A DNA stretch of 50,153 nt from Polyangiales bacterium. GTDB taxonomy: Bacteria; Myxococcota_A; Polyangia; Polyangiales; Houyiibacteriaceae. The position numbers and the translations under genes are program-made. Shown here in pieces: positions 17,073 through 26,714 of the stretch. Under the pieces are notes generated by a model, which ran no database searches, was not told where the DNA came from, and saw only the letters and a list, made by a program, of their open reading frames with translations. How positions within the stretch are numbered: position 1 is the stretch's first letter; each line of letters starts with the position of its first letter. The DNA lies in contig JBGCFM010000094.1 of NCBI GenBank assembly GCA_045106895.1, forward strand, positions 1-50,153, given 5' to 3'.

Positions 17073-20000
17073 CTACGGCTGACGCTCGATGCTAAGCCGC
17101 TTCATCATCTTCTGAAGTCCATATCGGCTGAGGCCTAGGTCCAGCGCACTTCGCGTCACGTTTCCGTTGTTTCGTGCGAGGGCCTCTCTAACCAAACGCG
17201 TCTCTAGCTCGTCGACCTGTGACCTCAGGTCCCCCGATTTGGAGTCTACGCCGCGAAGCTCCGGCGACAGGTGCTCGAGCTTCAATACGTCGTCCGCGAG
17301 AACGCTCGCTCGCTCAAGCTCGTTCTGCAGCTGACGAACGTTGCCTGGCCAAGGCCCCGCGCTCAATGCGTTGAGGGCTCCCTCGCTGATCGTCACGTTC
17401 TGTCGTTTCTGAAGCCACGCGTCCACCAAGGGCGCAATGTCGGCTCGACGTTCCCGAAGTGGAGGCACCTCGATGGTCACCACCGCGAGCCGATAGTAGA
17501 GGTCGCGGCGAAATGCGCCCTCCTCGATGCGTCGAGGGATGTCCTCGTGCGTCGCGCTGATAATGCGCACGTCGACCTGCCTCGACTCCGTCGCGCCGAC
17601 GCGCCGAACCACGCCATCTTGGGCGACGCGTAGCAACGCGGCCTGGAGCGAGGGGCTCATCTCAGCAAGCTCATCGAGAAAAAGCGTGCCCCCGTCGGCG
17701 GCCTCAAAGAGCCCCACACGCGTGGACTCAGCCCCGGTAAACGAACCTCGCTCGTGGCCAAAAAGAAGACTCTCTAAAAGCGCGTCGGGGATCGACGCGC
17801 AGCTCTGCGAAATGAACGGAGCGCCGGCTCGCGCGCTCCGCGCGTGCACGTAGCGAGCGATGTGCTCTTTGCCGCTTCCGCTCTCTCCGCGAATGAGCGT
17901 GGGTACGTTGGCGCTCGCGACACGTCCGGCAAGTTCGACGACTCTCTTCATCGCGACGCTTTCCGCCACGAACCCCTCGGGACTGCGGACGGCCTGCAAC
18001 TCGACTTCCTGACGCGACGCGCGCTCCTCAAGACTACGGCGCATGCTTCGCAGCTGAGTCGCTTGTGCGCGCAGCTGCGTCTCACGCTCACACCGCTCCA
18101 AACCGCCGGCCCCGAGGTCCGCGAGGTCGACGAGGAGCGCTGTGTCTTCGGCGTCAAAGGCGGCTGGGCGAAGTCGATCCTCGATGTAGATCACGCTGGC
18201 TCGTCGAGGGATCGGAACGCAGAGAAGTGAGCGTAACGCCAACGCGTGAATGCTCGCGGCACCAAAGTGTTCGTCGCTCAACGCGTCCATCGTGGAGACG
18301 GCATGACCTCCATCGAGAGCCCTGCTCACCACGGAACGTGATACGGCGGACGCCCCGCGTACAACACCCGCTTCGGCAACGACGTGAAGCTCACCACTCG
18401 CGACTCGCTCGACGACACACGCGCGCTCTCCGTCGACCAACTCCAAGGCAGCCTCGGAGAGCACTTTGGCGATCGCGCCCGGATGCTCGAGGCCCGTGAG
18501 ACGACGCGCGACACGCGTGAGCCGGCGCCAACGGCGACTGTCGTGGGCTGCGCTCGTGCTGGGCGCCGCGGACAGAACCCGTGCATAGGCCGGAACTCGC
18601 CGCATGCGTTCTCGTTCCGGCGGCGCCAACGTTGAGGCAGCAAGATCGAGTAGCGTGCGCGCTTTGGATCCCGCGCTTGGGTCCCCGTGCTCGGTGAGCA
18701 CGAGGGCCACCCGAAGGGAATCCTCCCAGGAGTCTGTCTCTCGCGTGCGAAGCTGCCCGAGCGCCTCGGACACGTCGCGCCCCTGGGCGGCACAGCGCCG
18801 AAGGTCCGCCAAGGCGTAGTCGAGGGCGCCCGGCTCGCTTTTGGACAAGAGCGCCTCGGCCAAATCGGGGGCGGCGCCTGCCGTGGCGGCGGCGAGACGA
18901 AGGCGCGCCGCCTCGCTCTGCAGCGACAGTCGACGTGCGGCGTTTAGGTCGCCTTGATGCGCCGCCAGCTCCGCCTGTGCCTCCTGGATCATCTCGATGC
19001 CTTCGTGGTCCGACGCGGCACGGCTCGCTTCAGCACCTTGGGTGAGATGCGTCGCGGCGGAACCAATACTCCCAATGAGCATCTCCGCCCGAGCGAGGTT
19101 GTGGAGCGCTCGGCCCACGTCTCGTTCGCGCCCTAGCTCCGTCAACGTACGCGCTGCTTCGCGCAGGGAGTCGAGAGCTGGCCCAAGTCGCCCGAGCGAG
19201 AGTTGGGCGGCGCCAAGGTTTCCCATGAGACTGGCCTCGACATGACGTTCTCCGCAGCTCCGCGCGAGACCCAGTCCTTCCTGGTATGCCGCCACGGCGT
19301 CTCGCGAGCCCGAGACGATTCCGAGGACGATGAGCAAACGCCCACGCTCTCGAATGCTCGCTTGACGGAGCCCATCACGCACAAGGGCCTGGGCCGTGCG
19401 GGACTCCCCACGTTGAAAAGCCAGCCACGCGAGAAGTTCCGCGCGCTGGACGCCCGTCGTGTTTTCCGTGAAGCGCTCTGCGGCTTCGACGTCGCCGTCC
19501 CCAAGCGCCAACCACGCGCGCGTCGACGCCAACGATGGCTCATCGTCCACGGCTGCAAGTGCAGACCGCGATTCTTCTCTTCGCCCTGCTCGCCGAAGCA
19601 CCTCCGGCACATCCTCTGGGACCGCGCACAAGAGCGCTTCGCGATACCGACCCGCCGAAACTCTTGCCCGAAAGAGCACTCGGACTTGAGCGGGACTCGA
19701 TGCGCCCAGACGACGGGCGTCGTCGCTCAAGCGTTCGACGTCCGGCGCGCGCCCTTGCTCGTACGCGTGCGACATCGCCTCCTCGAAGAGTGCCGGAGCG
19801 CTCTCGTCTCTTCGGTGGGCAGCCAAGTGCGCGCGCTGACGGCGTGTGCTCCCCACAAGTGTCGCGGCGAGCGCCTTTCTACGCTTTTTGGGCATGCCGT
19901 CGCAGACCTTCGCCACGAGGTCATCGCGAAGGTGCCAATGCCCGCCGCGGCTGACGCTCGCAAGACCCTCCGACGCCAGACGTGAGAGCGCGGCTCCCGC

Positions 20001-21434
20001 GTCACCCAGCCCCTCCGCCGAGAGTCGACCCCCGGCAAGAGCAAGGCGCTGAGCGACGTCTTCGGCGGCGGCCGGAATCGTCTGACCTGGACCCCGAAAA
20101 TCTTCGGAGCGCTTCTCCGTCCGTCCAAGTCCGTCGGCGAGAAGCCGGCAGAGGCGGCCGCTCAAACGACCCGAGCGACGCGACGCATCACTTCTCTTGG
20201 AGGCACGCAAGGCGCCTCCGCTTCGTGCCGCTGCAATTCCGAAGAGCTTGTCGAAGTCCTCGTCGAGCAGCGGGCCCAACGGGACGTTGAGCACGTCGTC
20301 CTCTTCCAACGGCGCGTCTCTTTCGAAGACAAAAGCGGAGGTGTGCCCGTCGATGGCCGCAACACGAAGCGAGCGACGTGCCGCGCCCACCGCAGCGGAG
20401 CGCGCCGCCGCGACGTAGGGCGAACGAGGGAGGGTCTCGGCGGACCCGTTGTTCACGAAAGTGACGCTCTCGCCACGGAGCGTGCTGTCGCGTTGGAGGT
20501 GCCGGACCGCCTCGGCGATGAGCCGGGTCTTGCCGGCGCCGGCAGGGCCATGAACACAGATCACCCCGCCCTCCTTCAAAGCGTGGAGCAGTTGCCGAAG
20601 AGCCGTCTCGTGTCCGCAGAAAGGAAGCTGCAACGCCAGCGCCGCCGGCATCTTCGGAGGGTTCCCGGGAAGGGCATGCCCCGACATTTGAGAGAGCGTT
20701 CGAGCGACGTCGTGAGCCGACGCGGGGCGCAGCTCCGCTTCGTCCTCAACGAGGCTCTTGAGGAGCGCCGTCAGTGCGCCCGGCACTCCGCCCTCCGAGA
20801 CAGCCGCGTCTGTGCCCAGCCAACGCCGAAACGTCTGCCCCAGCGCATAGAGGTCCGTCGCGACGGTGCGCTCCCCATACAAACACTCCGGCGCGAGGAA
20901 GCCGACGGAGCCAGAGACGTGGGGCGAAGAAGCCCTAGGCGGACCTGCGAGCCCGAAGTCCACAAGAGACGCCCGGACTCCCGCCGCGATGATGTTCGAC
21001 GGTTTGACGTCTCCGTGAATCACACCCGCCGCGTGCACCCGCGAGAGCGCGAGCGATGCGCCGATCGACAGCGGCCAGAATGCGTCGAGGAGCGCGCTCG
21101 GCTTCAGCGTCGCAAAGAGCTTGTCGCTCTGCGTGCCTTCGACGAGCTCCTCCACCAGAACTCCGGACCCCACCGCGAGCGACCACGGCGCCGGGAGCGG
21201 CTGCTTGAGACAGACCAACTCCAAGACCTGCGCGATGCCCTCCCCGCTCAGCGTCCGCAGCGCTTCTTCTTCCGCGCGCAGCAACCCAAGCGCCTCCGGG
21301 GGGACCAGCTTGAGCGCGACTGGCTTTCCGCTCTGCGTATCCACGGCACGCACCACGCGGCCACCCCCTCCCTCGCCGATTTCGGCTTGGTAGCGATAAC
21401 GTCCGTGCAGCGCCAACTCCGATGGCGGTCTCAT
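17073..21434 (-). CDS. Multidomain Ser/Thr kinase - P-loop ATPase - TPR-like - GAF - sigma54 activator (AAA+) - Fis HTH protein, about 1453 aa
   Basis: Start re-called to ATG 21434. Kinase motifs GEGGGG, VALK, HGDVKPSN, DFG and APE; GPAGAGKT P-loop; helical repeats; GAF-like SRSVV...SLLCVP; GESGSGKE, GSFTGA, LFLDE, DLYYRL and WPGNVRQL; C-terminal HTH. Confidence 0.9.
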   Translation of the reverse strand: MRPPSELALHGRYRYQAEIGEGGGGRVVRAVDTQSGKPVALKLVPPEALGLLRAEEEALRTLSGEGIAQVLELVCLKQPLPAPWSLAVGSGVLVEELVEGTQSDKLFATLKPSALLDAFWPLSIGASLALSRVHAAGVIHGDVKPSNIIAAGVRASLVDFGLAGPPRASSPHVSGSVGFLAPECLYGERTVATDLYALGQTFRRWLGTDAAVSEGGVPGALTALLKSLVEDEAELRPASAHDVARTLSQMSGHALPGNPPKMPAALALQLPFCGHETALRQLLHALKEGGVICVHGPAGAGKTRLIAEAVRHLQRDSTLRGESVTFVNNGSAETLPRSPYVAAARSAAVGAARRSLRVAAIDGHTSAFVFERDAPLEEDDVLNVPLGPLLDEDFDKLFGIAAARSGGALRASKRSDASRRSGRLSGRLCRLLADGLGRTEKRSEDFRGPGQTIPAAAEDVAQRLALAGGRLSAEGLGDAGAALSRLASEGLASVSRGGHWHLRDDLVAKVCDGMPKKRRKALAATLVGSTRRQRAHLAAHRRDESAPALFEEAMSHAYEQGRAPDVERLSDDARRLGASSPAQVRVLFRARVSAGRYREALLCAVPEDVPEVLRRAGRREESRSALAAVDDEPSLASTRAWLALGDGDVEAAERFTENTTGVQRAELLAWLAFQRGESRTAQALVRDGLRQASIRERGRLLIVLGIVSGSRDAVAAYQEGLGLARSCGERHVEASLMGNLGAAQLSLGRLGPALDSLREAARTLTELGRERDVGRALHNLARAEMLIGSIGSAATHLTQGAEASRAASDHEGIEMIQEAQAELAAHQGDLNAARRLSLQSEAARLRLAAATAGAAPDLAEALLSKSEPGALDYALADLRRCAAQGRDVSEALGQLRTRETDSWEDSLRVALVLTEHGDPSAGSKARTLLDLAASTLAPPERERMRRVPAYARVLSAAPSTSAAHDSRRWRRLTRVARRLTGLEHPGAIAKVLSEAALELVDGERACVVERVASGELHVVAEAGVVRGASAVSRSVVSRALDGGHAVSTMDALSDEHFGAASIHALALRSLLCVPIPRRASVIYIEDRLRPAAFDAEDTALLVDLADLGAGGLERCERETQLRAQATQLRSMRRSLEERASRQEVELQAVRSPEGFVAESVAMKRVVELAGRVASANVPTLIRGESGSGKEHIARYVHARSARAGAPFISQSCASIPDALLESLLFGHERGSFTGAESTRVGLFEAADGGTLFLDELAEMSPSLQAALLRVAQDGVVRRVGATESRQVDVRIISATHEDIPRRIEEGAFRRDLYYRLAVVTIEVPPLRERRADIAPLVDAWLQKRQNVTISEGALNALSAGPWPGNVRQLQNELERASVLADDVLKLEHLSPELRGVDSKSGDLRSQVDELETRLVREALARNNGNVTRSALDLGLSRYGLQKMMKRLSIERQP

Positions 21435-21572
21435 AGGACCACTATGTGATGAAAGTGCCTCCAATATCAATGCCGCCGACAAAGAGCCGCCAACATCGTT
21501 TGCGCAATAAAATGTTCTCCTCGCTATTCTTTTCGCTAACTTCGCCCCTGAGAACGCATACCTTGTCTCGTT

Positions 21573-22451
21573 ATGCGTATTCTTTTTCTCCTGAGTTTCG
21601 TGTTCGTCGCCTGCTCCGACGACGCCCCGCCCATCACGGACGTGCCAACGACGCCCCCGGTCGACGTTCAGGAGCCGGATGATGCGCAGGAACCCAGTGA
21701 CGCACAGGAGCCCGCTGACGCACAGGAGCTCAGCGACGTCGCGGCCGACATCGAGCAAACCGAAGACAGCGGACCAGCGGTGTGCCCCCTCATCGACCCG
21801 GAGGTCGTCACCTTTCGCACAGACGACGACGTCGAACTTGAGGCGGCTTTCTTCGCCGCTCCCACGGCGGGTCGTCCTGCGCTTGTTCTCTTTCACATGA
21901 TCCCGCCCTCCAACACACGTGGCAACTACCGGCGGCCGTTTATCGACCAGCTCGTGACCCAGTGCATCAACGTCCTCAACGTTGACCGCCGTGGTGCCGG
22001 TGGTTCCGGCGGCGTGGCGCGGGATGCGTACGAAGGTCCTGGCGGCGCCAGTGACGCACGCGCGGCGTTCGACTTTCTCCTCGCGCACGAAATTGCGCCG
22101 GATGCGTCTCACATGGCAATGGTCGGCGCGTCCAACGGCACGACCTCACTCAACGACTACGCGTCCCTCGAAGTCTCCCCGGTGTCCCTCGTCGCTGCAG
22201 TTCTCTTGAGCGGCGGCGGCTATACGGAGAACCAGACGCCGATGTCTGCGAGCGGGCTTCGAGAGCTACCAGCGCTCTTCGTCTACCCGGCCTCGGAGGC
22301 GGCTTGGAACGACGGGGTCGAAGAAGACACCGAGCCTGGGTGGCGCTTTATGAGCCACACCGCCAGCGCTCACGGAACGCGGATGCTCGATGACGAGGAC
22401 GCCGCGAGCGCCGTCATCGCGTTCCTGAGCGAGTTCCTCGTCGAGTCCTAG
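21573..22451 (+). CDS. Lipoprotein, alpha/beta-hydrolase fold
   Basis: Lipobox FVAC at residues 11-14; GASNG nucleophile elbow; late HG (AHGT) as probable catalytic His. Confidence 0.8.
   Translation: MRILFLLSFVFVACSDDAPPITDVPTTPPVDVQEPDDAQEPSDAQEPADAQELSDVAADIEQTEDSGPAVCPLIDPEVVTFRTDDDVELEAAFFAAPTAGRPALVLFHMIPPSNTRGNYRRPFIDQLVTQCINVLNVDRRGAGGSGGVARDAYEGPGGASDARAAFDFLLAHEIAPDASHMAMVGASNGTTSLNDYASLEVSPVSLVAAVLLSGGGYTENQTPMSASGLRELPALFVYPASEAAWNDGVEEDTEPGWRFMSHTASAHGTRMLDDEDAASAVIAFLSEFLVES
21669..21740 (+). repeat. Four 18-bp in-frame tandem repeats (QEPxDA) in the lipoprotein linker
   Basis: caggagccggatgatgcg / caggaacccagtgacgca / caggagcccgctgacgca / caggagctcagcgacgtc. Confidence 0.85.
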
Positions 22452-22467
22452 GCGCTACCCAGAAGAC

Positions 22468-23649
22468 TCAGCGGTATAAGTGAAAGCGCGTGCCGTCGAA
22501 GGCGCGGCACGCTTTGTCGTCGTCTCGCAAATAGTCTTCGATGGCTTCGAAGGGCTGCTGGTCATTCAGCATACGGTTGACGAGCTGACGATACGCCGGC
22601 GCTCCCGTGAGTAGGTCGATCGCGGGACGACGAAAGTCGTACTCGTAGACTTCGGTGCGCCAAGGCTCGCGGTGGCCGCGCTGGATCATCATCGCCGCCA
22701 TAAGACGGTAGTAGAGCGGGACACTGCGAAACACGTGAGGGTCCGTGACGTGGACCTGAACGCCACCACAGAGCTCACCGGCGAACTTGCGCACCGTCGG
22801 CTCAAAGGTCAGCGGCCTCAGAACAGCGCCTGGCGCTTCGATGTCGCGCGCAAGCGCAGCGCCATCCACGCCCGGAGCGCCGAACATCTCGAAAGGCCTC
22901 GTCGTCCCGCGGCCTTCGGAGAGCGTGGTCCCCTCAATGATGCAGCCACCGGGGTACACGGTTGCGGTGTCCGTCGTCGCCATATTTGGCGAAGTCAGCA
23001 CCCACGGGAGTCCGGTGTCCGCGAAGAGCATCTTGCGCTCCCAGCCGAGCATCTCGACCACGCTCAGCGAAGACGGGTCGAGCTTCTCGAACTCGACGAC
23101 CATCTTCATGAGTTCGCCAATCGTCAGGCCATGGCGCACGGGCACCGGATACAGGCCCACGAAAGAGCGATAGGCGGGGCCCTGCGGCGCGCCTTCCGTG
23201 ATTTCACCGCCGAGGGGATTGGGTCGATCGAGGACCATGACCTCGATGCCCATTCGTGCCGCGACGCGAAGGACGAACGCCGTCGTCCACACGTAGGTGT
23301 AGAAGCGCGCGCCGACGTCTTGCAGGTCGACGATGATAAGCTCGAGGCCTTCGAGGTCGCTGGTGCGAGGGGAGAGATCTGCAGCCGTCTCCCCATAGAG
23401 CGACACGACGCGATGACCTCCCGCCGACTCACCGCCCACTCCGACCATGTCTTGCGCGGTGCCCGCGTAGCCGTGCTCGGGACCAAAGATGACCTGAAGG
23501 TCGACGAAGGGCTCGAGGATCGACAGAGCATGCCGATAGTTTGCGTCGACGCTCGCAGGATGCGCGAGAAGGCCCGTCTTACGTCCTCGAATGCGCTTCT
23601 GCAGCTCCGCGTCCGCGGCGAGCCGGTCCAGCCCTGATTGTACCCTCAT
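22468..23649 (-). CDS. namZ: Exo-beta-N-acetylmuramidase NamZ (DUF1343 family)
   Basis: [41 protein letters not shown] and [11 protein letters not shown] motifs. Confidence 0.9.
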   Translation of the reverse strand: MRVQSGLDRLAADAELQKRIRGRKTGLLAHPASVDANYRHALSILEPFVDLQVIFGPEHGYAGTAQDMVGVGGESAGGHRVVSLYGETAADLSPRTSDLEGLELIIVDLQDVGARFYTYVWTTAFVLRVAARMGIEVMVLDRPNPLGGEITEGAPQGPAYRSFVGLYPVPVRHGLTIGELMKMVVEFEKLDPSSLSVVEMLGWERKMLFADTGLPWVLTSPNMATTDTATVYPGGCIIEGTTLSEGRGTTRPFEMFGAPGVDGAALARDIEAPGAVLRPLTFEPTVRKFAGELCGGVQVHVTDPHVFRSVPLYYRLMAAMMIQRGHREPWRTEVYEYDFRRPAIDLLTGAPAYRQLVNRMLNDQQPFEAIEDYLRDDDKACRAFDGTRFHLYR

Positions 23650-24575
23650 GCTACGTCTTCCACATCCGCCGCCAGGCGATAAAGGACCGCCATACGAACG
23701 GCGACTCCGGCTTCAACTTGGTCGAGGACGCGACTCCGGGGGCCATCGGCGACCTCCGGCGTGATCTCAACACCGCGGTTCATCGGACCGGGGTGCATCA
23801 CGATGGCGTCCTTCTTCGCATGCGCGAGGCGCGCATCATCAAGACCGAAAGTCCGTGCATACTCGCGCAAGCTCGGAAGCAACGCCTCGGCAAGGCGCTC
23901 CCGCTGAATGCGGAGCATGATGACAACATCCGCGTCCTCGAGGGCCGGCTGCATCTCGTCGTAGACCTTCACATCGAAGGCTTCCGCGAAGTGGCGCGGC
24001 ACAAGCGTGCGCGGACCCGCCACACGAACATCGCAGCCGAACTTCCGCAGGAGACGGCAGTCGCTTCGCGCCACGCGGGAGTGGGCGACGTCGCCGCAGA
24101 TAGCAACCTTTAGACCCTCCAAGGTACCCTTCGCCCGGCGAATCGTGAATGCGTCAAGGAGCGCTTGGGTTGGGTGCGCGTGCATTCCGTCCCCCGCGTT
24201 TACGACAGAACAACCCACGTTCTTCGCGATGTAGTGCGGCGCGCCGCTGGCCGAATGGCGAACGACCACAACATCAGGGTGCATCGCTTCGAGAGTCTTG
24301 CAGGTGTCGTAGAGGCTCTCACCTTTGCTGACGCTGCTCGTCGCCACGCTCATGTTGACGGTGTCTGCCGAGAGTCGCTTGCCCGCCAGCTCGAAGCTCG
24401 TGCGTGTGCGCGTCGAGCTTTCGTAGAAAAGATTGATGATGGTTTTACCGCGAAGCGTGGGGACCTTTCGCACGCGTCTACGGCTCACCTCAAAGAACGC
24501 CTCCGCGGTATCGAGAAGGCTGATGATGTCCGCCGCGGACATCGTCTTCAGGTCGAGCACATGTCGCAACGTCAT
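23646..24575 (-). CDS. pyrB: Aspartate carbamoyltransferase catalytic subunit
   Basis: [37 protein letters not shown] and HPGPMNRG motifs. Confidence 0.98.
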   Translation of the reverse strand: MTLRHVLDLKTMSAADIISLLDTAEAFFEVSRRRVRKVPTLRGKTIINLFYESSTRTRTSFELAGKRLSADTVNMSVATSSVSKGESLYDTCKTLEAMHPDVVVVRHSASGAPHYIAKNVGCSVVNAGDGMHAHPTQALLDAFTIRRAKGTLEGLKVAICGDVAHSRVARSDCRLLRKFGCDVRVAGPRTLVPRHFAEAFDVKVYDEMQPALEDADVVIMLRIQRERLAEALLPSLREYARTFGLDDARLAHAKKDAIVMHPGPMNRGVEITPEVADGPRSRVLDQVEAGVAVRMAVLYRLAADVEDVA

Positions 24576-25138
24576 CCTCGGCTCCCCCGAATAAACGCGC
24601 CGTCGTCATCCGCGGGCGTCGCGCCGAGGCGTACATCCACGCGCCGCCCCGGAGCCACCGTGAGCTCTCGGCCGATGAAGTCCGCTGCGATGGGCAGCTC
24701 TCTGCCGCCCCGATCGAAGAGGACGGCGAGGAGAACGCGCCGTGGACGGCCGTAGTCGTTGAGGCACTCCAGCGCCGCACGAATGGTCCGTCCCGTTTGC
24801 AGGACATCGTCGACGATGATGACGGTCTTGCCTTGTAGACCAAACTGAACGTCACTGGGCCCAACGCGTGGATCGGGGAGCGCCGTTGCAGCGTCATCAC
24901 GATAGAAAGCGATGTCGACGGCGCCGACGGGAAGCTCCTTGCCGTTGAGCTTCTTGACCTCGGAGGCAAGTCGCAGAGAAAGGCCGATTCCCCCTCGACG
25001 AATCCCGACTAGCGCGACGTCGTCGGATGCGAACTCGTCGGCCAGCTCCTCGACGATGGACGAAGCCATGCGGCGGGTCACACGGCCAAGGGTCGCCCCA
25101 TCGAGCAGTGCGTCGTTGTCCGCTGTACCGCCACCCAC
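24572..25138 (-). CDS. pyrR: Bifunctional pyrimidine regulatory protein / uracil phosphoribosyltransferase PyrR
   Basis: [29 protein letters not shown] and [15 protein letters not shown] motifs; upstream of pyrB. Confidence 0.95.
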   Translation of the reverse strand: MGGGTADNDALLDGATLGRVTRRMASSIVEELADEFASDDVALVGIRRGGIGLSLRLASEVKKLNGKELPVGAVDIAFYRDDAATALPDPRVGPSDVQFGLQGKTVIIVDDVLQTGRTIRAALECLNDYGRPRRVLLAVLFDRGGRELPIAADFIGRELTVAPGRRVDVRLGATPADDDGAFIRGSRG

Positions 25139-25144
25139 GACGGC

Positions 25145-25174
25145 GGTCTACGCCATCCCCGGGCGCTCGGTCAA
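25145..25174 (-). promoter_or_regulatory. Putative sigma70 promoter of pyrR
   Basis: Minus strand TTGACC-N18-TAGACC, 6 nt before GTG 25138. Confidence 0.5.
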
Positions 25175-25195
25175 TGGGTCGCTCGGCGTAGGGCC

Positions 25196-25810
25196 CTAAT
25201 CAAGGGGAATGTCGAAGGCGCTCTCACCTTCGAGGGAGGGAGTCTCGGCGCTGGGAAGATCGAGGATATTCGGCTCCGCCTCCACGCCAGGCGCCTGATG
25301 GGGCATATCTTCGCCGGCTTCCAGCCGTTCCTGCATCTCGTACTTGGACGGGCACTGAGCCACCAGCTCGTCGGCCAAGAAACTCAGCTCACCGTCGAAT
25401 TCTTCAAGCTCCCCCTGCACAGTGACAGAGACACCAAAATCGTCACGAAACGTATCTGGCACGACGCAATGCTGAAAACGAATCGGCAATGCCGTGTGCT
25501 CTTCGTTCTCGATGACAAATCGCCATTCGCAGGGGTCGACGAAGCTCTGAACGCTCCCCTCGCGGAGCATGCCTTCGAGGCGAAGATGATCTCCGGCGAA
25601 GGACTCCGGTGACGCCACGACGGCGCCGAGCTCCTGCGTGTAGGAGAACGCGCTGCCCGCGTCCGTCGTCAGAAGCAGCGTGACGATAACGCCGATGAGG
25701 CCCACGCCGATCACGGAGATCTTCAGCCACGCCGTCTGGTCTTCGGGCTTGGAATCGCCGCGCGTGCTCGCCGGTGACTCGGTGGGTTCTGGGTCAGTCG
25801 TTTCACTCAC
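25196..25810 (-). CDS. ccmE: Cytochrome c maturation haem chaperone CcmE, Cys variant
   Basis: Single N-terminal TM helix, LRLEG...GS, VPDTFRD...V.VQG, and LVAQCPSKYE (CxxxY instead of HxxxY). Start (GTG 25810) is uncertain. Confidence 0.88.
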   Translation of the reverse strand: MSETTDPEPTESPASTRGDSKPEDQTAWLKISVIGVGLIGVIVTLLLTTDAGSAFSYTQELGAVVASPESFAGDHLRLEGMLREGSVQSFVDPCEWRFVIENEEHTALPIRFQHCVVPDTFRDDFGVSVTVQGELEEFDGELSFLADELVAQCPSKYEMQERLEAGEDMPHQAPGVEAEPNILDLPSAETPSLEGESAFDIPLD

Positions 25811-25925
25811 AACAACAGTTTGGGGGCAGAGCCCGGGTCGGCGCAAGGGGCGGAAATGACCTTCCTCATCCACGCCTCCCCCACACGCTTAGGGGAGAAA
25901 GGCCCGCGCCAACAAAAACCAGCCG

Positions 25926-26714
25926 CTATTCGCGAACGCGGCCCACGTGTTCACGCGGAAGCCAACCGCCGCGACCGGCGTCGAGGGAAACACGGACGTA
26001 GTCGCCATCTTCCCCCACGAGGCTGCCTCGCTCGCCTTCGAAGGCCTCACCACGTGTTGTCGCGCGTGGGTCAGGTCCCTCCAGGAGATCGACGGTCGCC
26101 GTGACAACGGCGGGGTCACCATCCTGAAATATGCCGTGCTTGGACGCGAGGAGGACCGCGAAGATGCCAACAAACAAAAGGGACAATACCGCCGTCACGG
26201 TGGTTCCGATGCGAGCTCGTCCTTTGGCGTACATGCGCGCGATCAGCATGAGGAAGACCAGTCCCCAGCAGATGAGCAGGAGGAGCCCGAGCGTAAACTC
26301 GCTAATGTCCCGCACGATGGCCTCGCCCAGCCCTCGGCTCTCGCTGGTTTCGATCTCGCCGCGTGTTGCCGTCAGACGTTCAGCGAGACCCTGTTGTGTC
26401 GCCTCCAGGTTCGTCTGCGCATCGGAGGCGCCCGGGTCCAGGTAGAGGCTGCGCTCAAAGTTAAGCAGCGCAAGGCCGAGCTCCCCCTCCTTGGCGTAGG
26501 CGGTACCCAGGTTGTAGCTAAGGTCGCCATCGACGACCCCAGCCGCGCGGAGCTCTTCGTAGTTCTGAATCGCCGCGGCGTAGTCCCCCGCATAGAACGC
26601 AGCGTTCGCGTCTTCGAAGAGCGCATCGACCTGCTGAGCGTCCGCGGAAAGCGCCGCGCTCGTTTTAACAAAGAGGAGCGTCGCGAAAAGCAGTTTGAAG
26701 AGCCGCACCATCAT
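25926..26714 (-). CDS. batE: BatE-like protein (TPR, TM helices, C-terminal SH3b)
   Basis: F..ANAAFY.GDY..AI..YE and YNLGTAY...G.LG.A...FER TPR motifs; SH3-like end GGWLP; last gene of the bat operon. Confidence 0.85.
   Translation of the reverse strand: MMVRLFKLLFATLLFVKTSAALSADAQQVDALFEDANAAFYAGDYAAAIQNYEELRAAGVVDGDLSYNLGTAYAKEGELGLALLNFERSLYLDPGASDAQTNLEATQQGLAERLTATRGEIETSESRGLGEAIVRDISEFTLGLLLLICWGLVFLMLIARMYAKGRARIGTTVTAVLSLLFVGIFAVLLASKHGIFQDGDPAVVTATVDLLEGPDPRATTRGEAFEGERGSLVGEDGDYVRVSLDAGRGGWLPREHVGRVRE

Noticed and set aside
21435..22112. 226-aa N-terminal extension of the 1679-aa ORF
   Set aside because: Overlaps the opposite-strand lipoprotein gene; kinase homology begins right after ATG 21434, which has its own promoter-like element.
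25896..25912. Minus-strand TTGGCGCGGGCCTTTCT upstream of ccmE as a sigma54 promoter
   Set aside because: The near-invariant G of the -12 element is replaced by T; not supportable without data.
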